A stretch of 64,000 nucleotides of DNA from assembly GCF_009914755.1 (NCBI RefSeq), contig NC_060929.1; one strand, written 5' to 3'. The position numbers and the translations under genes were made by a program. Positions 54,001 to 64,000 of this stretch are shown piece after piece. Position 1 is the stretch's first letter, and the number at the start of each line of letters is the position of its first letter. Source of the stretch: the human T2T-CHM13v2.0 reference genome, Homo sapiens. The notes beneath the pieces were generated by a model that worked only from the letters and a program-made list of their open reading frames with translations, searched no databases and was not told where the DNA came from.

Positions 54001-54789
54001 CACCTATTAATAAATTGACCCCTTTATTATTATATAATAACTTTTTGTCTTTATTTTACAGTTTTGACTAAAGGCTATGCAGTCTGCTCTAACTATAGCA
54101 ACTCCTGCTCTCTTTGAATTTCCATTTGTGTGAAATATCTTTTTTCCATCCCTTCACTTGCAATTTATGTGGATCTTTAAAGGTGAAGTGAGTCAATGAG
54201 TTTCTTGTAGGCAGCCTACAGTTGAGTCTTGTTTTTCTCTTTCAATCACTCTACTTTCAAAATAATTGATAGGTAAGGACTTACTACTGCCACGTTGCAT
54301 TTTGTTAATGACTTTCTGGTTTTGTTTTTCTAAAGTAAATATTTTGTTCCCTTTTTCCTGTCTTTCTATCTTCCTTTGTAGTTTGTTGTATTTCTGTAGT
54401 GGTATGCTTTGATTCCAAAGTTTTTATCTTTTTTGTATCTGCTGTAGGTTTTTGCTTTGTGGCTACCATGAGGTTTATATAAAATATCTTATACTTTTAA
54501 CAGGCTATATTAAGCAGATAACAATGTAATTTTCATCACATACAAAAATCTTACACTTCACCTCACACACACATTTTATGTTTTTGATGACACCATTTAC
54601 AATTTTTAAATAATTTTTATTCCTTAACATATTATTATTGCTATAGTTGCTTTTAATAGTTTTGTCTTTTAAACTGCAAACTGTAATTTAAATCCAAAAT
54701 ATGTTCCTTTTACAATGTATATAACTTTAATCTCTAAAGTAAATGTAAACTTTTTGACTATTTCTCTTTAAAATCGAGAAAAATAATAA

Positions 54790-55235
54790 TGTATTAGTCA
54801 GGGTTCCCTAGAGGGACAGAAGTAATAAGATAGATGTATATATAAAGGGGAGTGTTTTAAGGAGTACTAACTCACATGATCACAAGGTTCCACAGTAGGC
54901 CGTCTGCAAGCTGAGGAGCAAGGAAGCCAGTCTGAGTCCCAGAGCTGAAGAACTTGGAGTCTGATGTTCGAGGGCGGAGGCATCCAGGACAAAAGAAAGA
55001 TGTAGGCTGGGAGGCTAAGCCAGTCTGGCCTTTTCATGTTCTTCTACCTGCTTTTATTCTGGCTGCAATGGCAGTTGATTAGATTGTACCCACACAGATT
55101 AAGTGTGGGTCTGCCTTTCTCAGTCCACTGATTCAAATGTTAATCTCCTTTGGCAAGACCCTGACAGACACACCCAGGAACAATACTTTGCATCCTTCAA
55201 TCCAGTCAAGTTGACACTCAGTATTAATCATCACA
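54790..55235 (-). mobile_element. MLT2A1 (HERVL) solo LTR
   Basis: TGTATTAGTCAGGGTTC...GCATCCTTCAATCCAGTCAAGTTGACACTCAGTATTAATCATCACA; 446 bp; TSD AATAA/AATCA. Confidence 0.9.
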
Positions 55236-56129
55236 AATCACAAACACAGATTAAAAGAAAGATAAATGTAAATAACTTATCCATTTTACTGACAATGATA
55301 AAAATTAGGAGGACATATTTTATAGTAGATTTGTACTTCCCAGTTTGTATTGGTTTTTACATAGGTTGAATACTGTATTCTAATTTTAAGATGAAAAAAA
55401 AGAGTATTTTGCATCCCTATGCTCTCTCTGCTTGGTTCTTATGTGCTATGTAGGAGAGATATATTTTTTGACTAAAGCTAAAGGAAGAAAGAGATAAGGC
55501 TATTAAAAAAAGACTGTCATTCATCTGGTAACCTCTCTACTTTTTAGTGTATCTCAATTAAAATCACCTTAATATAGGCCTAATTACCATCTTCTTAGAG
55601 CAAAGATTTTTAAATTAAGTATAAGACAGAGTACAAGAGAAAGCCTTACTGCTAGATTTTGGCACCCACAGAACAAAAGAAAATTTGACCAATATTTCAA
55701 ATTGTCTCTTATTTGGCATCCTGCAATTAATTTTGCATCAAAGACTACATATGGTAAACAGAGAATAGGTGAGAGGTAAGTCTTTCTTTTGTTGTGATGG
55801 GGTTGTAGGAAGGATCATGCCTTCTCAAATGTGGGGAGACCTCAACAAAACAAAATTATAAATGATTACCTATGGAAAACAATAATCTGAACATTAATTA
55901 TCATGAAATTACTAGTATCAACGTATATCTGGGAACATTTTAATTTTCCGTGGTATATGTAAGCCAGTATGAAGACAGCTAGACTAATATCTTCTGATTA
56001 CAGGGCTTGTTTGATGTACAAATGCCTAAGTAGATATCTTTACTCTAGAAATAAAGAGAATCATTAAAGGCTTTGGAATGAAGAAAACAATGGAAGGTGA
56101 GGGAAAATAAACTAATCTATTTTAATAAT

Positions 56130-56340
56130 TTAATAATAGCAATGTATTTAATTCTCATTGTGCATCAATTTATTTTTATCTACATTTATGACAACTTTGT
56201 GAATGAGGTATTATGATCCTTATTTAACAGATGAAGAAATTGAGACTTGGATAAACTAAGTTGTAAATCATATCACACTTAAATGCTAGAGCTGGGATTA
56301 AAACTATGTGAGTCTAACGTCAAAGCCTCTCTTCTTATTT
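56130..56340 (-). mobile_element. MIR fragment
   Basis: ACAACTTTGTGAATGAGGTATTATGATCCTTATTTAACAGATGAAGAAATTGAGACTT...GAGCTGGGATTAAAAC. Confidence 0.75.
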
Positions 56341-56367
56341 ACATAATTTTATTCAGTGATAACACAA

Positions 56368-56865
56368 TGTTGCCGAATAAGTTTCTATGGGTCTCTGATA
56401 TTTCTGCATGTTGGGGAGTAATTCTTCATGGGTCTTTAATATTTCTGCATGTTTTGCAAACAGCAGAACTGGTTATCTTTTATCCAGACTCTCTTCTCAA
56501 GGTGGTTTCTATAAACAACAGTGTTGGAAGATAAAGATAACATATGTTAGCTTGAACTTCCAATAAATGTCTTCATGTAAGGCAGGAATTTGTATTTAAT
56601 AAGTTTTGAGGATTTAGCTAAGACCCCAATTCACTGGAGGCATAGAATTCACCTGGGTCTTTTGTGTCTCCACCATAACATTTGGGAAGTAGTGGAAATG
56701 TATGGAAGTGTGAGGATCACACTGCTTGCTGTGTTTTGAATAATAAAGAACTACGTTTCTGACCTAGAAGTCTCTAGTCTTCTGCCTACCTCAAAGACAA
56801 TGTGTCAGGCTATCTTTTTTGCTTGCAAATAGGATAAAATCTTAAACTCTCCATAGCTGTTGACA
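56368..56865 (+). mobile_element. LTR40-like (ERVL) solo LTR with duplicated 5' end
   Basis: TGTTGGGGAGTAATTCTTCATGGGTCT...AATAAAG...CTTGCAAATAGGATAAAATCT...TTGACA. Confidence 0.72.
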
Positions 56866-57652
56866 GATATTTTTGGTAGAATTCACAGATCTTAATTGTA
56901 CAAAAAGATAAAGGCACCCCTGATTGGTAAGCACCTCTCAGATAAAGATATAGCTCAAGATATAGAATGCCAGCATTGTAGTTGTAGTCTCACAATTCAA
57001 AGCCCCAGGGGAACCCCACATGTTGCATGATTCCCTTTCCTATTATCAAAAAATAGGGAGATATTTTAATTATGTGCAATGTAAATTTCTGAATAGCTAC
57101 ATTACATTTTGGAATAAACAGGAAAAGCCAAGGAATAATATCATTCAGAGATCTAAACTTATGAAAAAGAAAAGGTAATGTAATGATTAAAAGTTATTAA
57201 GAATTTGATCTTGTTATTTAGATGTGTGATAGGTAGAAACAGGAAATTCAGTTTATTATTATGATTTTAAATACAGATGTATTGTGTTAAAAGAATAAAA
57301 GTCATCTACACTGCAAGTAGCCAGAAGACACGTAGAAATATACACATTGCATTCATTCATCTGCAAAGAAATTAGAGACTGAGAGACTGAGAAATAAAAT
57401 GTAACTCAGATGTTTAATGAGTAAAAGAAAGAAAAGAACCTGCCTTGAGGAAGTTGAGGTAAATGCAGTCTTAAAAACAACTATTAGTTTTGTGATTTGA
57501 TGGCTGAGAGTAAGGAATTCAGGGAATGAGGGGAAGTTAAGCATAGAACGGAAAGACAATAAAATGTTAATTCTTAGATACAAGTTATTTAAAAGGAGGA
57601 ATATAGTTTGAAGTTAAAATAGAAGTAGTATCATTAAGTGTCATCCCTGTGC

Positions 57653-58003
57653 TTTTTATTATTATTATTTTTCTTTTTTTCTTTGTTTCTTTCTTTTTTT
57701 TTTTTTTTTTTTTTTTTTTGCAAGACGGAGTTTTGCTCTCTTGCCCAGGCTGCAGTGCAGTGGTGAGATCTCGGCTCACTGCAACCTCGGCCTCCTGGGT
57801 TCAAGTGATTCTCCTGCCTCAGCCTCCTGAGTACCTGGGATTATGGGCACCCGCCACCATGCCCAGCTAATTTTTGTATTTTTAGTAGACACGGGGTTTT
57901 GCCATATTGGTCATTCTGGTCTCGAACTCCTGACCTCAGGTGATTCACCCATCTCGGCCTCCCAAAGTGCTAGGATTATGGTCCTGAGCCACTGAGCCTG
58001 GCC
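57653..58003 (-). mobile_element. AluSx-like, full length with long mixed T tail
   Basis: Dimeric Alu; TSD TCATCCCTGTGCTTTTT / TCATCTGTGCTTTTT. Confidence 0.94.
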
Positions 58004-59184
58004 CTCATCTGTGCTTTTTTTGTTTGTTTTTCTTGTTTTTTTTTTTTTTAACCTGTCTGACAAATCAGAACAAGAAGAATGAGAACCATAGCACACAGGA
58101 ATCAGGACAGTATATAACTGAAAATTTAAGTTTGGCAAAATTGGTTTTTGGCAGTAGTACAAAGCTTTTGGCCTGAGGCTGGAGGGTAGAAAGAGGAAGT
58201 AAGAAAATTAAAAATGAGGACAGATGTCACTTCCTATAGATTTGATTTCTCAATAAATATTTTAGATTTATCTGTTGCATTGAGGTGAGTGAATATAAAA
58301 CTGAGAAAAGTGGAAAAGTTTTGGAACAGATACTGTGGTAGTATAGCCCAATATTAATGTAAATATTATCAAAATCTTTTAGGGCCTAATAGATATTAGT
58401 ACAGTATCTTTGATTAGTAAGAGCTGAAAATGTTGATACAGCCTATAATATTCATGAATAAACATTCTGTATAAGAACAAAATATGCCAGATAATGATAT
58501 ATCCATATCCTAGAGGAGAGTCAATTTTCATCCTTTTTCTTGCTCCAACTTCAAACTAATGACTTTTAAAAAATGCTTACACAAGCTCATCAATATCATC
58601 ACTTATTATAGGTAATTTTTCAAACCATTTCACCTGAGAATAGTTCCTATAAAATATATTTTCTATAATTTCTCTACATTTTTATTTTTCTGACCATTAT
58701 TATAAAACTTTATAGTAACTTTATAATTGTTAGATTATTATTAAGATCTTAATATGTATACAGTATATACGGTAAGCAAAGCTTGAAAAAATCACCATTC
58801 TTCTAAAGCATTCCTTTAAAATCTCACATCCACAGAAAGAGAATACTGATATATCATATTATGCATTCTATTGATGATGAACTATATATATAAGTTAAAG
58901 ACTCTATACCAACAGTCTAGACTTGTACAATTAAAATGTTGTATAAATATCTTATACAGCCAAATTCTGTAGAAGTTTTTTGAGTAAAAGTATTATAAAA
59001 GTTTACTTTCAAGTAAAAGTGTTAACAGTGATAATGATAACATTCTTGCTACTGTCCTCTGTATGTGACCACATGTAGATTTCTTAGAGTTGCTATCAGT
59101 TTAAATATATAGAAACTCTTTTATCTCCCTTTGAGTGTGTAAAGCTGAATATTGCAAAGTATTTTTCTTCTATTTAAAAAATAA

Positions 59185-59484
<300 letters not shown>

Positions 59485-60079
59485 TGAGCATTAACAGAAC
59501 ACATGGATAAACATAGACAGCCATAAAGGGGTGGAATTACCCTACATATTTTTTGAGAACAAAGAGCAAGTGATTGAATTTTTAAAGATGATATTAGTAA
59601 AAATCTTTAGAGTCAAAATAAAGAAAGAACTCAGATAATGTTACTGTTGACATCATTCAGGTTAATTATTGGCATTGTTAACTGAGAATATTGAGTTACT
59701 TTAATTGAGCAAATCTGGATTTGCATTATATATTACTCTTATAATATGAAAAAGAAAACATGAGATTTCTATTTTTTCTAACTTTCTTTTTATTTTATCA
59801 CTTTTTCTATGTGTTAGTATTTTCTGCCAAATTTCGTATTTCTAAGAAAAAAACTCTATGATATGTATTATGTTTTCACGTTTTTTAAGAGTTCATTCTT
59901 TGTTTTCTGAATTTTCATTATTTTTATCATTCTCTCTTCCCTCCTACCTTTATTTTCTTCCTCCTTTCTCCCTTCTATCCTTTGCATATCAAAATTTAGA
60001 TATATCTATGTAGATATAATTTGCATATCTATTTACATATATTTAATTTACATTTTTCCACCCTCAGGATATATGTTAC

Positions 60080-61775
60080 TTTTTAAAAATTTATTTTTAA
60101 TTTTTGTGAATGCATAGTAGGTGTATATATGTATGGAGTACATGAGATTTTTTGGTACAGGCATGCAATGTGAAATAATCACATCACAGAGAATGGGGTA
60201 TCCATCTTCTCAAGAATGTACCCTTTGTGTTACACACCATCCAAGCACACACTTTAAGTTATTTTAAAATGTATCATTAAGTTATTAGTTACTATAGTCA
60301 GCATGTTGTGCTATCGAATAGAAGGTCTTCTTCATTCTTTCTAAATGCTGTCTTTTGTAACCATTAACCATCACCCCCTCTCCAACAACCTCAGACTACA
60401 ATTCTCAACCTTTGTCTCTCTACTCTCTGTCTCCATGAGTTCAATTGATTTGATTTTTAGATCTCACAAGTAAATGAGAACAGGCACTGTTTGTCTTTCT
60501 GTACCTGCCTTATTTCACTTGGCATAATGATTTCCAATTCCCTCCATGTTGTTTCAAACGACAGGATCTCATTCTTTTTTTTATGGCTAAATAGTGCTCT
60601 GTTGTGTAAATGTACCATATTATCTTTATCCATTCATCTGTTAAAGGACACGTAGGTTGCTTCTAATATCTTATTAGAGTGCAGATATCTCTTTGATACA
60701 TTGATGTATTTTTTTGTGGGTATACACCCAGCAGTGGTATGTTGAAACATATGGTAGCTAAATTTTCAGATTTTGAGAAACCTAGGAACTGTTATCTATA
60801 ATCATTGTGCTAACTTACATTTCCACCAACAGTGTATGAGGGTTTTCTTTTCTCCACATCCTTCACAGTATTTGTTATTGCCTGTCATTTGGATAAAATC
60901 CATTTTAACTGGAGTGAGATGATATCACATTTTAGTTTTGATTCACATTTCTCTATGATCCATGATGCCAAGCCCCTATTCATATGACTGTTTGCCATTT
61001 GTATATATTCTTTTGAAAATTGCTTATTCAAATCTTTTGCCCATTTTTGACCAAATTATGAGATTCTTTTTGTTATACAGTTGTTTGAACTCCTTATATA
61101 TTCTGGATACCAATCCCTCGTCAGATGGATAGCTTGCAAATATTTTCTACCACAGTGAGGGTTGTCTTTTCACTCTGTAGCTTGTTTCTTTTGCTGTGCA
61201 AAAGCTTTTTAACTTGTGATCACATTTGTCCATTTTTGCTTTCATTGCATATGCTTGTGGGGTATTGCTCATTAAATTTTTGACCAAATCAATGTCCTGA
61301 AGACTTTCTCCAATGTTTTTTTTTGTAGTAGTTTCCTAGCTTGAGGTCTCAGATTTAAGTCTTTAATCCATTTTAATTTGATTTTGTATACAGTGGCAGA
61401 TAGGGGTCTAGTGTCATTTTTCTGCATATGGATATCCACTTTTCCGAGCTTCATTTATTGAAGAGACTGTCTCCCCAGGGTATGTTCTTGGCACCTCTGT
61501 CGAAAATGAATCCACTGTGTGGATTTGTTTCTGGATTCTCTATTCTGTTTCATTGGTCTATGTGTCTGTTTTATGCCAGTTCCATGCTGTTTTGGTTAGT
61601 ATCACCCTGTAGTATAATTTGGAGTCAGGTAATGTAATTCCTCCAGGTTTGTTCTTTTTGCTTAAGATAGCTTTGGCTATTCTGGGTCCTTTGTGGTCCC
61701 TAAGATTTTTTTTTTCTATTTCTCTGACAAATATCATTGGTATTTTCATAGGGATTGCATTGAATCTGTAGAAAT
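60080..61775 (-). mobile_element. L1MA1-3-like 3' fragment, interrupted by THE1 element
   Basis: CATAGTAGGTGTATATATGTATGGAGTACATGAG antisense 3' end; ORF 61558-61749(-) [27 protein letters not shown] is ORF2. Confidence 0.9.
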
Positions 61776-64000
61776 TGCATTAGTCCATTCTCACAATGCC
61801 AATAAAGACATATCTGAGACTGGGTAATTTAAAAAGAAAAAAGGTTTGGTTGACTCACAGTTCAGCATGTCTGAGGAGGCCTCAGGAAACTTATAATCAT
61901 GGCAGAAGGAAAAGCAAACATTTCCTTCTTCACAAAGAAGCAGCAAGGAAAAGTGCAGAGCAAAGCAGGGGAAAAGCCAGTTATAAAACCATCAGCTCTT
62001 GTGAGAACTTACTCACTATCATGAGAACAGGATGGAAGTGACTGAACTCACAATTCAATTACCTCCCACTCGGTCCCTCCCATGACACACGTGGATTATG
62101 GGAACTACAATTCAAGATGAGATTTGGGTGGGGACAAAACAAAATTATATCATTCTGCCTCTGGCCCCTCCCAAATCTCATGTCTTCGCATTTGAAAACA
62201 TAAGCATGCCTTTCCAATGGTCCCCCAAAATCTTAGCTCATTTCAGCATTAACTCAAAAGTCCAAGTCCAATGTCTCATCTGAGCCTAGGCAAGTCCCTT
62301 CTGCCTATAAGCCTGTAAAATCAAAAGCAAGCTAGTTACTTCCTAGATACAATGGGGGTATAGGGATTGGGTAAATACACCCATTCCAACATGAAGAAAT
62401 TAATGAAAACAAAGGGGCTACAGGCAATATGAAAGTCCAAAATCCAACAAGGGAGTAAGTGAATCTTAAAGCCACAAAATAATCTCCTTTGACTTCATGT
62501 CTCACATCCAAATTACACTGATGCAAGAGGTAAGCTCCCATGGCCCGGAGCAGCTCCACCCCTGTGGCTTTGCAGGGTATAGCCCACCTCTTGACTGTTT
62601 TCACAGGCTGGTGCTGAGTGTCTGCCACCCTCCAGGTGCATGGCGCAAGCTGTTGGTGTATCTACCTTTCTGGGGTCCGGAAGATGGTGGCCCTCTTGTC
62701 ACAGCTCCACTAGGCAGCGCCTGAGTGGGAACTCCTTGTGGGGATCTGACCCCACCTTTCTCTTCCACACTGTCCTAGCAGAGGTTCTCCAAGAGGTTCT
62801 CTGCACCTGCAGCAAACTTCTGCCTGGACATCCAGGCATTTCCATACATCCTCTGAAATCTAGGTGGAGGTTCCCAAACTTCAATGCCTGACTTCTGTGC
62901 ACCTGCAGACCCAACACCACATGGAAGCTGCCAAGGTTTGGGGCTTGTACCCTCCAAAGCAACAGCCTGAGCTGTACATTTGCCCCTTTTAGCCACAGCT
63001 AGAGCTGAAGCAGCTGGGATTCAAGGCACTATGTACCAAAGATGCACAAAGCTGGGGGTCCCTGGCCTGTCTTAGGAAACCATTTTTCCCTCCTAGACCT
63101 CCAGGCCTGTGATGGGAAGGTCTGGCATGCCTAGAGACATTTTCTCCATTGTCTTTGTAATTAACATTTGGCTCCTTGTTACTTATGCAAATTTCTGAAG
63201 CAGGGTTGAATTTCTCCCTAGAAAATGTTTTTTGTTTTTTACTCTCACATCATCAGACTGCAAATATTCCAAACTTTCAGGTTCTGCTTTCTCTTGAATG
63301 CTTTGCCACTTAGAAATTTCTTCTGCCAGTTACCCTAAATCATCTCTCTCAGTTTCAAAGTTCCACAGATCTCTAGGGCAGAGGCAAAATGCCACCAGTT
63401 TCTTTGCATAGCAAGAGTAAACTTTACTCTAGTTCTCAAAACGGCCCTCATCTCCATCTGAGACCACCTCAGCCTGGACTTCATTGTCTATATTACTATC
63501 AGCATTTTGCTCAAAGCTACTCAACAAGTCTTCAGGAAGTTCCAAACTTTCCCACATCTTCCTGTTTTCTGAGCTCTCCAAGTCTCTAGAAAGTTCAAAA
63601 CTTTCCCACATTTTTCTATCTTCTTCTGAGCCCTTCAAACTGTTCCAACCTCTGCCTGTTACCCAGTTCCAAAGTTGTCTCCACATTTTAGGGTATCTTT
63701 ACAGCAGCGCTCCACTCCCTCAGTACCAATTTGTTGTGTTAGTCTGTTCTCAAAGTGCTAATAAAGACATACCCAAGACTGGACAATTTGTAAAGGAAAG
63801 AAGTTTAATTGACTCACATTTCAGCATGGCTCAAGAGGCCTTAGGAAACTTACAATCATGGCAGAAGGGGAAGCAAACATGTCCTCCTTCACATGGTGGC
63901 AGCAACAAGTGTAGAGTGAAGTGGGGGAAAAGCTTCTTATAAAACAATCACATTAGTGAGAACTCACTCACTGTCATGAGAACAGCATGGAGGTAACATC
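61776..64000 (-). mobile_element. THE1 (THE1C/D-like) MaLR element: 3' LTR 61776-62152, internal region 62153-63734, 5' LTR 63735 to window edge
   Basis: Two homologous LTRs around a 1.58-kb THE1 internal region; polypurine tract GGGAGGGGCCAGAGGCAGAA (minus strand) abuts the 3' LTR. Confidence 0.93.

Larger units (their letters stand above)
48740..54690 (-). mobile_element. Long L1MA (L1MA7-9-like) element interrupted by L1PA, Tigger3a and an MSTA/THE1D LTR
   Basis: Antisense L1 from 3' UTR (CCAGTCTCTGGTAAC..TTCTACT..TATGAGTTTGAC) through ORF2; ORF 51937-52227(-) FPLRSGRRQVFPLLLHLFNLILEVL is L1 RT motif; resumes colinearly after each insertion. Confidence 0.88.

Noticed and set aside
63525-63636. 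About 54-bp diverged tandem repeat in THE1 internal region
   Set aside because: I recall this duplication as common in THE1 internal sequences, so probably not locus-specific; alignment to Dfam THE1C/D-int would settle it
62332-63942. Several 60-152 aa ORFs in the THE1 internal region
   Set aside because: Fragmented frames in a decayed non-autonomous MaLR; no intact product

Overview
AT-rich primate (human-like) genomic DNA, apparently a gene desert or deep intron. I found no recognisable protein-coding exon, RNA gene or CpG island. Roughly half the window is decayed interspersed repeats: nine Alus (AluJ/AluS), L1PA/L1M fragments, MaLR LTRs (THE1/MST/MLT1, including a two-LTR THE1 element running off the right edge), ERVL/ERV1 solo LTRs (MLT2, MLT2A1, LTR40, MER50/LTR27-like), DNA transposons (MER6, Tigger3a, MER94, MER5), MIR/L2 relics and microsatellites. 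The supplied ORFs are repeat-derived or chance frames; only degraded L1 ORF2 pieces are recognisable. Repeat subfamily names are recalled from consensus sequences, not computed. I see no convincing novel multi-gene system. The best observations are small-scale: a 31-bp insertion in an old L1 sharing 22 identical bases with an MLT2A1 LTR 3.2 kb away; a perfect 52-bp tandem duplication; a 53-bp minisatellite split by an AluSp; 28-bp and 18-bp perfect palindromes; a fold-back inverted repeat; a duplicated C/EBP-ATF site in an LTR; and repeat-free blocks that may be enhancers or non-coding exons.
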